Of a stretch of 64,000 nt of DNA, positions 11,416 to 22,558 are shown in pieces. The notes beneath the pieces are model-generated. The model made no database searches. It was given only the letters and a program-made list of their open reading frames with translations, and was not told where the DNA came from. How positions within the stretch are numbered: position 1 is the first letter of the stretch; every line of letters starts with the position of its first letter. This DNA comes from an uncultured virus (IMG/VR IMGVR_UViG_2061766007_004178) (taxonomy: Duplodnaviria > Heunggongvirae > Uroviricota > Caudoviricetes): IMG/VR virus record IMGVR_UViG_2061766007_004178, one strand, 5' to 3'. The position numbers were made by a program, and so were the translations under genes.

Positions 11416-12883
11416 TCTGGTCCCTCCAGACCCTTGCCATGTCAAGCAAGGTTTTGATATTGTTTTTCGAAGCATCTTCCAAAACCGCTTCGGTAAGATA
11501 TCGCAGGCAGTCTCCGATTTGCTTGCCGGCTAAGCCGAGATCCATGAGATCATAGCCATCAACGACGAGGTCAGCGATATTCAATGGTTCCTTCATTCTG
11601 ACGATCTTCATAAAGCGCTCTTTGTCTGCGCTCAGATTGTCTATCGCGAAATCGACGCCTTTGGCAAGATCATGCGCGAAGGTATCGGCAGCACGGAGCT
11701 TGAGGAAATCCAAAAATTTGTCTTTCCCGATTTCGTCGATCAGCCTCTTGAACTTCGAATCGCGCATATCGACCAAAAGGTCGTCATGATGCTTGACGAA
11801 TTCGTAAATCGTCCTCGTCTCATCGAGCGGAAAGCGCAGAAGCTCCATAAGCTCTTTGGCGATCGATGCTGACACGTCAGAATGCCCATGATAGCTGTAT
11901 ACGCCTGGAATGCCTTCTTTTTGCGCTTTTACGGACGGCTTGCCGAGATCGTGGAACAATGCGGCCCATCTAAGCTCGAATGTCTGAGGCACGCCTTTGA
12001 CTACGTCCATCGTATGGTGAAATACGTCGGCGTAATGCCTTGGATTGTCATGCGGGCAATCTAAAACGTCTCTGAGCGGAGTCTTTCCGTCGAAGGCGTA
12101 TTTCTCCAGCCCCGAGAAAGCGAACAACTTCAGCATCTCCGGTCTATCGCTCAGCAAAATCTTGGTCAGTTCGTCTCTGATTCTCTCTTTGGAGACCTTA
12201 CCCAAAAGCGGCGCTGCCGTTTCAATAGCATGATAGGTGCAAGAGTCAATAGAGAAATTGAGCTGCGCCGCGAAGCGCAATGCCCTAAGCATCCTCAAAG
12301 CGTCTTCGCTGAATCTTTCCGCAGGCAAGCCTACGCATCTGATGACGCCGGCTTCCAAGTCATCTAAATAACTTTCATCCAAACAGATCAGCTTATGCGA
12401 GATAAAATTGTAGGCAAATGAGTTAATCGTGAAATCCCTTCTCTTAAGGTCTTCCTCAAGGCTCGGCGTAAAAGCAACGCTGTCTGGGTGCCTTCCGTCA
12501 GAATAGCTTCCATCGACCCTATATGTCGTGATTTCGTAATTCACGCCGAAAAAATCGTCTATAATGGTCAGTGTGCCGTGTTTTATGCCAGAATCATAGG
12601 TTCGCAGATTGGCGGAAGCGCAGATTTGCTTGACCTCATCTGGCGTAGCGTCTGTGCAAAGATCGTAGTCTTTCGGCTCGCGGCCCAATAACAGGTCCCT
12701 TACGCAGCCGCCGACCAAAAAAAGCTCTTTATGCGGCCTTCCAAATATGAAAAGATCAAAAAGGCGCTGCAAACTGCGATAAACTCGATTATCTATACCA
12801 AGCTGGACATCCTTTAGCGGATGTTTGCCTTCCGGATATCTGGTCGATTTAAGTTGCTCGAATTCAATGATTTTCTCGTACAT
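11399..12883 (-). CDS. cca: CCA-adding tRNA nucleotidyltransferase with HD domain
   Basis: LVGGCVRDLLLG, DYDLCT, DLKRRDFTINS, EDALRMLRALRF, ALFHDLGK. Confidence 0.93.
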   Translation of the reverse strand: MYEKIIEFEQLKSTRYPEGKHPLKDVQLGIDNRVYRSLQRLFDLFIFGRPHKELFLVGGCVRDLLLGREPKDYDLCTDATPDEVKQICASANLRTYDSGIKHGTLTIIDDFFGVNYEITTYRVDGSYSDGRHPDSVAFTPSLEEDLKRRDFTINSFAYNFISHKLICLDESYLDDLEAGVIRCVGLPAERFSEDALRMLRALRFAAQLNFSIDSCTYHAIETAAPLLGKVSKERIRDELTKILLSDRPEMLKLFAFSGLEKYAFDGKTPLRDVLDCPHDNPRHYADVFHHTMDVVKGVPQTFELRWAALFHDLGKPSVKAQKEGIPGVYSYHGHSDVSASIAKELMELLRFPLDETRTIYEFVKHHDDLLVDMRDSKFKRLIDEIGKDKFLDFLKLRAADTFAHDLAKGVDFAIDNLSADKERFMKIVRMKEPLNIADLVVDGYDLMDLGLAGKQIGDCLRYLTEAVLEDASKNNIKTLLDMARVWRDQNGKNQ

Positions 12884-13263
12884 TAGCTCAGCTTCCTCCT
12901 ATGCCTTCTCATGATGTTCTTTTCGGTTCCGGAATTGTCTCTGAAAACGAATGCGATATCGAAATCAGACGCAGCCGTCATAGCCGCATCTCTTTCTTCG
13001 TCGCTCTTGAAGCCGCCGACCGTATTCATATGCATCTTATCGGCTATATGCCTAGGCTTGCTGAACATATGGTATACGGTTACCTTCTCGGCCAGCCCTT
13101 TATAAGCGAGATAATGCTGCGCAAAAGTATCGACGCCCTTGAAATCGCCTACTACGAACTTTGGATCGGCATCTAATGCTAAAATGCGCTCTAAAACAGG
13201 CACATAGTAGAGATTGAATTGCTCAGACGTAAGCCAGCCATGGCCGGAAATGAAATATCTCAT
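12883..13263 (-). CDS. SLOG-like small protein (leaderless start)
   Basis: YFISGHG..VVGDFKGVDTFAQ..ERDAAM..SGTEKN. Confidence 0.55.
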   Translation of the reverse strand: MRYFISGHGWLTSEQFNLYYVPVLERILALDADPKFVVGDFKGVDTFAQHYLAYKGLAEKVTVYHMFSKPRHIADKMHMNTVGGFKSDEERDAAMTAASDFDIAFVFRDNSGTEKNIMRRHRRKLS

Positions 13264-13306
13264 ATAATTATTATACATTAAAAAAAGATGCGCGTACGCA
13301 TCTTTT

Positions 13307-13708
13307 TTAAAGCTTTTTGAAATCTTCGATGGCCTTGATTGCCTGCTCATGCAGCTCAGCCGTCGTCCATTTTTTGTCGTGCGTCTGAAAATAATCGTGG
13401 TAAGGGCTTGGCGTCAGATAATAGCCACTGAAATCACCTGCATGGGCATAGNNNNNNNNNNNNNNNNNNNNNNNNNNNNNTCCAATTTCGTCTTTGATGT
13501 GCGCCAGACAGCCGTCATAGGTCAGTCCGCCATGTACGTTCAATGGAACAGTGTCGTAATCTGCATTGGCGTATTTATGGCTTTTTGGCACCCTTATGTA
13601 CGTGCATGGATGCGTCCCATATGATATGATGAGGTAATCAATGCCCTTGTGCTTGCCAGAATCGAGAACCTCGACGGCACTGCTTGATTTGTAAACCATT
13701 TCTTTCAT
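13307..13708 (-). CDS. conserved phage hypothetical protein
   Basis: HPCTYI, VHGGLTY, YAHAGD. Confidence 0.7.
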   Translation of the reverse strand: MKEMVYKSSSAVEVLDSGKHKGIDYLIISYGTHPCTYIRVPKSHKYANADYDTVPLNVHGGLTYDGCLAHIKDEIGXXXXXXXXXXYAHAGDFSGYYLTPSPYHDYFQTHDKKWTTAELHEQAIKAIEDFKKL

Positions 13709-13709
13709 G

Positions 13710-15041
13710 TTATATATCCTCTCTGACCCTTAAATAGATAGGGAATCTCAGTGATGGCAATTTCGTCTTCGAATCGTAGCTTTCCTCGAAGTATTTGACT
13801 GTTATGAATTTGCCTAAATATTTGTCTTTATTGGCCCAAAAATACGCGCGGTCTTCGTCGCTTAGCCCAGAGCCGACCTTAACGGTGTTGTTCTTATATT
13901 CGCAAATGAATGCACCTAATGTGCCAGCCAGCTTATTCGTGCCCTCTTCATATCCGATGATTTTGACTTCTGTATCCTGAAATTTCTTTACTTTGAGCAA
14001 GTTATTCGTCCTTTTGAAGTCATATGGGGCGTTAACGATGTTAATCATGATGCCTTCTTCACCTTTTGAAGTTTGGTCTTCCAGAAGCTCTAAAATCTTA
14101 GATGTATCGGAACCTTGATACAGCTTAGGCAACAATTTGAAATACTTAAAGGCGTTTAAATCAAACATCGCATCGAGCTTGGCACGTCTGTCCCTATATG
14201 CTATTGGGCAGTTCTGAGCCTTGAAATTGGTGATAGGCATATAGTCGAAAACGAGCATCTGTAGGCCATGCTTCTCCTGTTCTTTGGTTCTGCTGAGCTT
14301 CATGGTGTTCTTATAAGTATTCTCTAAATCCGTGTCAATCGCGACTATCTCGCCATCAAGCACGAAATTATCATCGGAAATGCCTAGCAAATCCCGCTCC
14401 AAATCGACTAAGCCTTCATATGGCTGGCCCTGTCGTGTCCAAAAGCTTACCTTGCCATTGTCTTTCATGGCGATAATCCTTGATCCGTCGATTTTGGTTG
14501 TGATGGCGAATTCTTTGCCCTCGACTATTTCTGGTTTGTCGAAATATTTATTCGAAAGCTGGACGTTGAACTCAGAAATAAGGCCTGGAATGACCTTATT
14601 GATCGTCTTACTGTCGATGCCTAATTGAAGATTTTTCGTAATGACCCTATCAAATAAATCGACCATTTCTGGACGCTCAGCGAAATGACCGCGTTTAAAT
14701 TCTTGAACTGTTCTGATATCGCTGTCGCGACCGGTATTGTGTTCTTTGACGTATTCAAAAATGACTTTATCTTCTGGATAATCCAACCAGTAGGTGCAAT
14801 TTGCCGCTTCGTTGAAATTACCGTCTTCATCGAATAGGCTGTATAAATCTCTGTCTACGTTTTTATTTAGCTTTTTGTCTGACAGCCCGGTAATGACATA
14901 TGGGTCATAGATGAAATGTAAGAAATACCTTACTGATTCGTTGTCTTTCCACTTCTCTAAAACGGTGATTTTGGCCAATCTGGAATTATCGGCTAAAATC
15001 TCATTCGTGAAGGCATAAAAATCATTTAAAAATATTGACAT
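13710..15041 (-). CDS. lig: ATP-dependent DNA ligase
   Basis: KIDG active site, LDGEI, EEGIMI, LLKVK, VGSG, SLRFP. Confidence 0.95.
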   Translation of the reverse strand: MSIFLNDFYAFTNEILADNSRLAKITVLEKWKDNESVRYFLHFIYDPYVITGLSDKKLNKNVDRDLYSLFDEDGNFNEAANCTYWLDYPEDKVIFEYVKEHNTGRDSDIRTVQEFKRGHFAERPEMVDLFDRVITKNLQLGIDSKTINKVIPGLISEFNVQLSNKYFDKPEIVEGKEFAITTKIDGSRIIAMKDNGKVSFWTRQGQPYEGLVDLERDLLGISDDNFVLDGEIVAIDTDLENTYKNTMKLSRTKEQEKHGLQMLVFDYMPITNFKAQNCPIAYRDRRAKLDAMFDLNAFKYFKLLPKLYQGSDTSKILELLEDQTSKGEEGIMINIVNAPYDFKRTNNLLKVKKFQDTEVKIIGYEEGTNKLAGTLGAFICEYKNNTVKVGSGLSDEDRAYFWANKDKYLGKFITVKYFEESYDSKTKLPSLRFPIYLRVREDI

Positions 15042-15306
15042 TAATCTTCCACCTTTTCTAGCCATTTGGCGTTGTATTTGCGTCTATGTGAAGTCGCATG
15101 CGTTAGCTCATGGGCTTGAAACCAATCTACCTCGTCTGGTAGCGGCTCTATAAAATATTGAACCGTTGCGCGCTTAGCGTCTTTTGTAATAACGAAGCCG
15201 GTAACGGTCGCTTTAATCGGCAGNNNNNNNNNNNNNNNNNNNNNNNNNNNNNNNNNNNNNNNNNNNNNNNNCCGATATTAAACTTAACGTCAAATTCCAG
15301 TTTCAT
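15041..15306 (-). CDS. hypothetical protein (gapped)
   Basis: MKLEFDVKFNIG...; TAATG overlaps at both ends. Confidence 0.55.
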
Positions 15307-15745
15307 TAGCGGTTTTCCTTAATGTAGTCGATATAAAGCTTGCCATTCATATGATCTATCTCATGTTGAAGAACTCTAGCCAAAAATCCAGAAGCCTGGA
15401 TAGTGATGTTTTTGTTCTGAATAGCGTCAAATGCCATGACGGAGACAGACCGAGATCGCATAATCGGGTCATCGTGGTCCTCTGGAACGGATAAGCAGCC
15501 TTCAGCGGCGGNNNNNNNNNNNNNNNNNNNNNNNNNNNNNNNNNNNNNNNNNNNTGTCGCCCGCTGCGAACCTGATAACGCACATCCTTTTCAGCACACC
15601 GACCTGCACGGCGGATAAACCGACGGCGGTCTCACCGTTCTCTTTAAGCCAGGCGAACATGCTATCAAGCAAAANNNNNNNNNNNNNNCCTGACAGCCTG
15701 TGATTTCTCCCTAAGCACGGGATTCGGATATTTGATGATGTCCAT
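15306..15745 (-). CDS. def: peptide deformylase (missed by ORF track because of N gaps)
   Basis: YPNPVLRE, VGLSAVQVG, EGCLSVP, QHEIDHMNGKLYID: all three PDF motifs. Confidence 0.93.
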
Positions 15746-16215
15746 TAGCTAAGCTTCTCCATCTTCGTTTTGTATTTCGGCATGTGGACCCAATCGTAAG
15801 CTTCGATTTCCGAAGCTTTGATTATCGTATCTATCGAATTCGCGACCATGAGGCTTTCCGGCTCATCGGTCATCTTGACGCAGATGATGCGCGTCTGCCT
15901 ATAGCTGCGCATCGAATTCTGCCCGGTAACGTAGCCGATCTCCCATACGGCGCCGGCGTTGTTCTCTTTGCCGAAGCTGATGAAGATCACCATATCCGCT
16001 TTATTGAGCGCCTGCATATCGCGGTCATAGACCGCTTTGGCCCACTCTTCTAAGCTGATGTCCCAGGCATTCGGGATGGTCAGCTGATGCGGCAGATAAT
16101 ACTCGCCTGGGAGATATGCGCTGATTCTGCTTACGATTTTCTCAATCAAAGCTTTTCTTTCGGCTGTTTTGGCTCTGTCTTCGTAGCAGAAGCTCGCGGC
16201 GACGTAAATCCTCAT
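15745..16215 (-). CDS. nucleoside 2-deoxyribosyltransferase family protein
   Basis: RIYVAASF, DMQALNKADMV, GAVWEIGY. Confidence 0.8.
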   Translation of the reverse strand: MRIYVAASFCYEDRAKTAERKALIEKIVSRISAYLPGEYYLPHQLTIPNAWDISLEEWAKAVYDRDMQALNKADMVIFISFGKENNAGAVWEIGYVTGQNSMRSYRQTRIICVKMTDEPESLMVANSIDTIIKASEIEAYDWVHMPKYKTKMEKLS

Positions 16216-16272
16216 GATAATAAAAACCTCTATTTGTATTATACAATACATAGAGGCATTCGTAAACGTTTT

Positions 16273-17067
16273 TTAATCTACTTTGAAATATTCGATCTCT
16301 TTGCGATTGAATTTCAGCTTCCAAGAATCTTCGCCGGTCGACAGAGCTATCTGCGGCATATCCGGAGGGATGCAGCTGACGGCGCTGCGTTTGATCAGTA
16401 TATAATCGGTCTTTTTCACCAGCGGCGAATAAATGACCTTAATCTTTACGCCTTTTATGTTTTTGATCGAATCGCCGAGCTCATCGGAATGTGCGGTATT
16501 CGCGAATAGAAAATAATCTGGCGTCTCAAGAAAATCTATCGCGCGTTTGATCTCTGCGATGACGTCCTCTTTCGCGAAAGTCAGCTTTGTNNNNNNNNNN
16601 CGATCGATCGCTTTGGCCCATTCTGCGGTCACTTTATCCAAAACATCTTTGTATTTTTCATAGATTTCGTCAAATGCCAATGACTTTTCGAATACGGCTG
16701 CTTCTTCANNNNNNNNNNNNNNNNNNNNNNNNNNNNNNNNNNNNNNNNNNNNNNNNNNNNNNNNNNNNNNNNNNNNNNNNNNNNNNNNNNNNNNNNNNNN
16801 NNNNNNNNNNNNNNNNNNNNNNNNNNNNNTGCGCATACGACCGGCATAAGCCTCTTTGTCGCGATCAGACCCAATGCCGCCGCTGCTGCGCAAAATAACC
16901 GCTTGCGAGCTGCGAACTTCAAGCTCCCAAGCTCTTTTGGCAAAAACAGCTACCTCTGTGATGTATTCGCCACCAACCCGATAGTCAGAGTATATGGTAA
17001 CGCCGTCACCATACTCTTTTTTCTTCTTGAACTTATGGTCGAGCAAAAACCTTTCAATCTTGTACAT
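16273..17067 (-). CDS. hypothetical protein(s), gapped
   Basis: ORF across a 120-nt gap; leaderless start. Confidence 0.5.
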   Translation of the reverse strand: MYKIERFLLDHKFKKKKEYGDGVTIYSDYRVGGEYITEVAVFAKRAWELEVRSSQAVILRSSGGIGSDRDKEAYAGRMRXXXXXXXXXXXXXXXXXXXXXXXXXXXXXXXXXXXXXXXXXEEAAVFEKSLAFDEIYEKYKDVLDKVTAEWAKAIDXXXXTKLTFAKEDVIAEIKRAIDFLETPDYFLFANTAHSDELGDSIKNIKGVKIKVIYSPLVKKTDYILIKRSAVSCIPPDMPQIALSTGEDSWKLKFNRKEIEYFKVD

Positions 17068-17179
17068 ACTATATTATACGGCTTAGTACCGAAAAATAAG
17101 CTTAAATTTTTACATTTGAGCGGTTGCGCCGCATTTTAGGCACAAAAAAAGAGCCTTATTTCGGCTCTTAATCTAAAGC

Positions 17180-17649
17180 TTATTTTTTCGATGCTTTGTT
17201 CCAAAACGAAACCAAATCGCTGGACCAATTAGGTGAACTAACGTGAGTATCTAGTTCAGGATGATTGAATGAGCTTATCATTTCATGATAGTAGCTTACG
17301 CCTAATCCATCTTGCATGGCGGTGTCTGTGCAATAAGGCTTATTCTTCTGGCACCAATCGCACGGCGTATCGCCGACCTGAACTGGCTTATTTGGGTTTG
17401 GCCTGCTTGGGCAGGTTTCGCAATCCGGCCAAGAGTCTTTCGAAGTCTCCCAAATGATGTTTGGGATGCTGGGCTGCACTATAGGGCAATGATGCGGGCA
17501 AAGATGTCCGCAATCCGGACATTTGACGACGCTTCTGCCAAGATAATTCTTTTCTATATCAGAAACTTCGTATTCGAATTCGCATCCGCAATCTGGGCAG
17601 ACCGCGATAAGCGGNNNNNNNNNNNNNNNNNNNNNACTTTAATCGCCAT
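17180..17649 (-). CDS. Cys-rich zinc-binding protein
   Basis: CPDCG twice, CETC, CDWC. N-terminus resembles the gene starting at 21559. Confidence 0.6.
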
Positions 17650-18106
17650 TTTCAGCTTCTCCTTTTAATTTTTTTAATAAAGCGGCCAATTCACAGGCTT
17701 CTTTGCCGACGACAGTCTCATACTCGTCTTCGGTAATATAAGTTCTGCCGGTTTTTAATATATGCTCAAGAGTCAAAATGGCCAACTGCCTATTGTATTC
17801 TCGATTGCCTGCATATTCGGCCGTGACATCCTCAGCTTGTTTCTGACTGATTGGCTCATATCTCCAACAATAAGCCTCGCAAGTCTCAAAATCATCGTAT
17901 AGGCCTTCGAATTTGAAATCAGAATCTTTAAGAGCTAGCCGCGTATCTTCCCAATGCTGGTCTAAAAAGCTGTTGACTTCGCTTTCCATGTACCTTTGAA
18001 GCGCCATATTGAATTTATCGCAGTAATCATGTATGTGAAAAAACGAATCTCCGCCAGCTGTTAAAAGGCCGTGATAATGGCTGCAACTGTAACATGTTTT
18101 GATCAT
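17639..18106 (-). CDS. hypothetical protein
   Basis: ORF with GGAG RBS. Confidence 0.65.
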   Translation of the reverse strand: MIKTCYSCSHYHGLLTAGGDSFFHIHDYCDKFNMALQRYMESEVNSFLDQHWEDTRLALKDSDFKFEGLYDDFETCEAYCWRYEPISQKQAEDVTAEYAGNREYNRQLAILTLEHILKTGRTYITEDEYETVVGKEACELAALLKKLKGEAENGD

Positions 18107-18122
18107 CAGATATATTCTCCGT

Positions 18123-18437
18123 CTATTTGGCTATTTTTCTAAGAAGCTTCTGTCGTGTCTCAAAGCAGGTATCATCCATGTAAATCAAATCGAAATACTG
18201 CTGCGCCGTCTTAAGGTTTATCTCAAAAGTCTTTCCGGCCAAAACGTCCAATTTCATCTTGCTTTCGCCATCGTCTTCCAAAACGGCTATCTGGTCTTTT
18301 TTCGAGACCAAAATAATCGCATTATCGAATAGATCTTCGCATCTCAGCGTTTTCGACATGCCTTTGCGGCTATTGCCGAATCTATCAGACACCCAGTCAT
18401 AGTAGAGTGTTTTCTTGCAGCGCGCAATATACTTCAT
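18123..18437 (-). CDS. hypothetical protein
   Basis: ORF just after CGTATAAT. Confidence 0.65.
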   Translation of the reverse strand: MKYIARCKKTLYYDWVSDRFGNSRKGMSKTLRCEDLFDNAIILVSKKDQIAVLEDDGESKMKLDVLAGKTFEINLKTAQQYFDLIYMDDTCFETRQKLLRKIAK

Positions 18438-18477
18438 CTTATTATTATTATACGATAAAAAAAAGACAAGCTTTTGA

Positions 18478-18951
18478 TTAGCTTATCTTTTCCGCGTACT
18501 GATTTTCTGATGCGAGCTCGACGCCCAAGACTTCATCGAATCTATGTCGGTCATTCGGTCTGAATCTACCGAATTTGACGATGATATTCGGATAGCCTTT
18601 CAGCGTCTCAAGCTTGTCTAAGACCTCGTCTTTATTATAGCCTGTGTAAATCACCACGTCATCTTGACTGACTGCTCTAAGCTTTTGAATCAGCTCAAGC
18701 ACGTCATCGAATGAATCGAATGGCTCAAGTCCGCCTAAGACGATGGCATGGGTTATGGGATTGCCCAGATATCTTTCGACCAGCCAATCGGTCTCGACTT
18801 CCTTGATCGGCAGCTTCATGGTAGGCGAATTCTGGCAGCATTTAATGCCGCATTCTTTCTCGCATTTGAAGCTGCAGAATGGGAATGCCAGGAACATGCT
18901 GGCTTTCTTATAATTGACGAAGTCTTCTTCGATAAGACCTCTGATGCGCAT
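18478..18951 (-). CDS. nrdG: anaerobic ribonucleotide reductase activase (radical SAM)
   Basis: CSFKC..CCQN, LGGLEP, IYTGY, KFGRF, LASENQ; adjacent to nrdD. Confidence 0.92.
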   Translation of the reverse strand: MRIRGLIEEDFVNYKKASMFLAFPFCSFKCEKECGIKCCQNSPTMKLPIKEVETDWLVERYLGNPITHAIVLGGLEPFDSFDDVLELIQKLRAVSQDDVVIYTGYNKDEVLDKLETLKGYPNIIVKFGRFRPNDRHRFDEVLGVELASENQYAEKIS

Positions 18952-20900
18952 TAAGCATCCACTCCCTTATCGGCGAGCTCTTGCCATTCGCGAAGCTTAT
19001 ATTCCGCTTTGCGTTCGCTGGACCATGTCGCCGTCTTGGTGAAGAAGCCGACACACCTAGTGTACTCAGCAGTTTTTCTGGCTCCGCATTCAGGGCAGAT
19101 ATCGCCATAGAACAAATGACCGTTATCATCGGTGCTGAGCTTTCCGTTGAACGCGAAGTACGTAACGCCCTGGTCTGTGATGTAGTTGAGCAAGTCCCAA
19201 GCCGTATCTTCGTTCTCGATCGGCTTATCGACGTTGATATGCATGATGGAGCCGCCGTTGCAGTAGCCGTCGAAGGTAGAGCAGATTTTGATTCGCTCCT
19301 TCAAGGTCGTCTTGATGCCTAGCGGAATCCACTGGTTGCCGTAAAGAGGCAAATCTAATACGACTTTGTCTCTGAACAGCTGCTTATCAGCTTTGAGGAA
19401 CTTAGCTGCGGCTGTCTCGCCTGGGATCTGCTCAACGTTGACGCGGTAGTCTTTGTCTTTGGTAAACTCATCGATCTGCTTATGGATGGTATCGAAGATC
19501 TCTTTGCCGAACCTCATGGCGTTCTCGCTGTAAATAGTATTTCCGAATTCGTCGATTTCAGTGTATCCGAATGTCTTCATGGTCTCATAAACGCCATTGA
19601 TGCCAACTGTATTGTATAGGTGCTCGAAATCAATGATACCATCAGCGAAGTTAGGGAGCAATCCTCTGTCCTTGTTCTTGCCGATGATATTTCTTATGAC
19701 GTGAAGGACCTTCATATCGATATTGAGCCTATCAGTCAGGATCTGGAGATATTTCTTCTCGCTGCCATCGGCCTCATAGGCGATTCTGGCGAGATTGATC
19801 GTCGAAACCTTGACGGAACCGACTTTCAGAGCCGTGCCGCCGATGGAATTGAAGTATCCTAAATCCTTGATATTCGATTTAAGCCTGCAGCAGTTCGAAA
19901 GCGACGTGACGTCCTTATCGGCGAAGATATTGGAATCGTTCCACTTCTGATTATGCTTGATGGCCCATTTCGCGAACTCTTCGTCGACGAATTTGCCATT
20001 GACCTTCTGAAGCGAAATCGTATTGACAGGGAAGGTGAACATCCTGCCCCTGTTCTTAATATCTGACATCTCTTCAAGGAACCATTTCTGGAATTGCATA
20101 ATACCGTCTTTATGCTCAATCATGAGCTCGCCGTCTGGGAAAACCGAACCGCCGAACAGAGCATCGAAGTATTCGCTGTCGAATACCGACGTATTGACGA
20201 AAGCGGACTGAATGCCATCTCTCGTATAAGGCTGATTCATGCCGTATATGACTCTCTGGATTTGGCTCTTGGCATATTTCTCGCCGTCGACGACTTTCAA
20301 GCCGTGGAGGCCTTCTTTGCAGTCCTTCTGCCAGTACCAATACATGTATGGGATGAGGTTTGGAAGACCGCAGGCGCCAGAGGTCCTATTGCTCGTGAAG
20401 TTGATAAATTCTTTGACGAAGTCGACGAAGGTCTCTAAGTGCTGCGCAGGCTCCGATTTCTGATGGTCTGGCAAATAGAACAAGCCGTCTTCGGCCATCT
20501 TCGTAAGGTCGTAGGCGAAGCAATACGGAACAAACGTGGAAGTGTTGGCATCATGAAGGTATAAAGCCTTATCCCACTCTGATTTGAACCATTTCTTGGC
20601 TTCTCTGAGGCCATATTCCTGCTTCATCTCTTTGAAGATTTTGCTGTAGGCCATCAGTTTCTCATGAGGCTTCGACATCTCAGACCTGAGCGTGACGATG
20701 TCCCTCGTGCCGACGTTAGAGCTGCCGTCGACAGAGACGTCGGCGACAGTTTTTGCGGCGACGAATTGGTCTAAGAAGTCATTATAGCTGAGCTTCTCGT
20801 CGGATAGGCCGTTCAAATCGGTGAAATATTCGCCGTATTCTTCTTTTAATGCGTTTAGGTATCTTTCGAAATCTTTGTCAAGTTTAATCTCTATAAACAT
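18951..20900 (-). CDS. nrdD: class III anaerobic ribonucleoside-triphosphate reductase
   Basis: LHD, PYCFAY, FTFPV, SNCCRL, EQIPGE, GGSIMH, CPECG, YTRCVGF glycyl-radical loop. Confidence 0.95.
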   Translation of the reverse strand: MFIEIKLDKDFERYLNALKEEYGEYFTDLNGLSDEKLSYNDFLDQFVAAKTVADVSVDGSSNVGTRDIVTLRSEMSKPHEKLMAYSKIFKEMKQEYGLREAKKWFKSEWDKALYLHDANTSTFVPYCFAYDLTKMAEDGLFYLPDHQKSEPAQHLETFVDFVKEFINFTSNRTSGACGLPNLIPYMYWYWQKDCKEGLHGLKVVDGEKYAKSQIQRVIYGMNQPYTRDGIQSAFVNTSVFDSEYFDALFGGSVFPDGELMIEHKDGIMQFQKWFLEEMSDIKNRGRMFTFPVNTISLQKVNGKFVDEEFAKWAIKHNQKWNDSNIFADKDVTSLSNCCRLKSNIKDLGYFNSIGGTALKVGSVKVSTINLARIAYEADGSEKKYLQILTDRLNIDMKVLHVIRNIIGKNKDRGLLPNFADGIIDFEHLYNTVGINGVYETMKTFGYTEIDEFGNTIYSENAMRFGKEIFDTIHKQIDEFTKDKDYRVNVEQIPGETAAAKFLKADKQLFRDKVVLDLPLYGNQWIPLGIKTTLKERIKICSTFDGYCNGGSIMHINVDKPIENEDTAWDLLNYITDQGVTYFAFNGKLSTDDNGHLFYGDICPECGARKTAEYTRCVGFFTKTATWSSERKAEYKLREWQELADKGVDA

Positions 20901-20911
20901 AAAGTCGTCCT

Positions 20912-21121
20912 CTATTTTTCGTTAATGAATTTCACCGCTTTTGAAAAGTCAAAAAAATCATCGCCTGAACGCAGAATCGGCGCGGTTAAGATCTGATGCT
21001 CTTCGCCAATGCGCACAACCTCATCCTTGTCGTCTACGATTTCGAATGGAATGTTCTTTTTAGTGAGCAAAATCTCAAGCGCCTTGCATTTCGGGCAATG
21101 CGTGGAATATAAAATAATCAT
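20912..21121 (-). CDS. glutaredoxin-like (NrdH-type) protein
   Basis: LYSTHCPKC..APIL. Confidence 0.85.
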   Translation of the reverse strand: MIILYSTHCPKCKALEILLTKKNIPFEIVDDKDEVVRIGEEHQILTAPILRSGDDFFDFSKAVKFINEK

Positions 21122-21628
21122 TTTAAAAACGTCCTTTCGATATTGTTATATGTAATCTTTGTTGAGCACTGAATTTAGCCAATCAGCAAATAAAAAGGCC
21201 ACTAATTTCTGTTGATTTGTGGCCATATTTCAATTAATTTAGCAGTAAAAATTAAGCCTGAAAATTGTCTAAAATTTTCGATGTTTTTCGCTGAAATTTT
21301 CGATTTGAAATACTCCATATAGTCGGCTTTTATTCGTCTGATCGTAAATTCGAGAGAAACCATCTGGACACGGTGATTTCTTGGNNNNNNNNNNNNNNNN
21401 NNNNNNNNNNNNNNNNNNNNTGCCGTCTAAACGCCTTTCAATCGAAATAAAATCGGCGTCTTCTGCTTCGAATACGCAACCGCAGACCGGACAAGTGATT
21501 TTATAGACCTGTTTCTTCTGCTTCAGCTGTTTTCCTGGTTTTATGATTTTAATAGCCATAAATATCTGTTCTCCGAATAGTTATCCTATGTATTATTATA
21601 CAATAGAACGGCGTCGAAAAAATGATTT

Positions 21629-22214
21629 TTAATCCTTTTTATGCTTTAATGCTTCTTTTTCGTCGAGATAGCATCTATAGCAGAGAACCTTATACGTTTC
21701 GTCTCCGCCTATCTCTATCTGCTCGCCTTCCGTCACCAGCTTGCCATCGTGGTATCTGGCGTTGATGACCGCCTCTGGGCGGCCGCATTGAGAGCAGAAA
21801 GACTCCAGCTCATATATCTTGTCCGCAAGCTCGAACAAACGCTTAGAGCCCTCGAACAATTCGCCTTTGAAGTCAGTTCTGAGACCATAGCAATAAACAG
21901 GCGTGTTAGCTATTTCAGTAATAATTTTAAGGTCTTCGACTTGCGCTGCGGTCAAAAATTGCGCCTCATCGACGATTACGACGCCGCAGCCGCTCTTCGT
22001 CCAGCCTGTAAGCAAACGGTCTTCGCGCCCGAGAAGCAGGTCAGCCTCAGCCGCTAAGCCGGTCCTGGAGCTCACTGTCGCGCCGGCCGACCTATTGTCG
22101 ATCTTCGGCTTGATGAGCACCGTGCCGATACAGCCGCCGGCATCGGTAGNNNNNNNNNNCGTTGGCCGTTTTGCTGCTCGCCATCGTGCCATAATAAAAA
22201 GTCAAATCCGCCAT
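21629..22214 (-). CDS. tdk: thymidine kinase
   Basis: FYYGTMASSKT, IVDEAQFL, YGLRTDFKG, FEGSKRL, CSQCG, IGGDETY..LCYRC. Confidence 0.92.
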
Positions 22215-22217
22215 AAA

Positions 22218-22511
22218 TTAATCCTTAAGCTCAAAAGCGCTGTCTATGCGACCGAAAGCGACCGCCTCTTCCTCAGTATCGAATATATGCTTTCTTTGGA
22301 AAGGCCCTTCATAAGAGTCTTCCCAAACGCAGCGTCCGTCATTCGTTTTTCGCGCGGCCAAGAAAAACGGCTTCGTCGCTTTCACCCAAACAAAAAGCTC
22401 TTTCGAAAACGTATGATGGGACATTACGTAATCGGCGTCCATTTCTCGCACTTCTTCCAAAGGAATGACGCTGAATAAGCCCCAGTCGTGAAATTCATAT
22501 CCGTATTTCAT
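22218..22511 (-). CDS. hypothetical protein (leaderless)
   Basis: ATG 5 nt after TATAAT. Confidence 0.65.
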   Translation of the reverse strand: MKYGYEFHDWGLFSVIPLEEVREMDADYVMSHHTFSKELFVWVKATKPFFLAARKTNDGRCVWEDSYEGPFQRKHIFDTEEEAVAFGRIDSAFELKD

Positions 22512-22558
22512 AGTTTATTATACGGTATCAGCCATTAAAAAAGACCGATTTTTTCGGT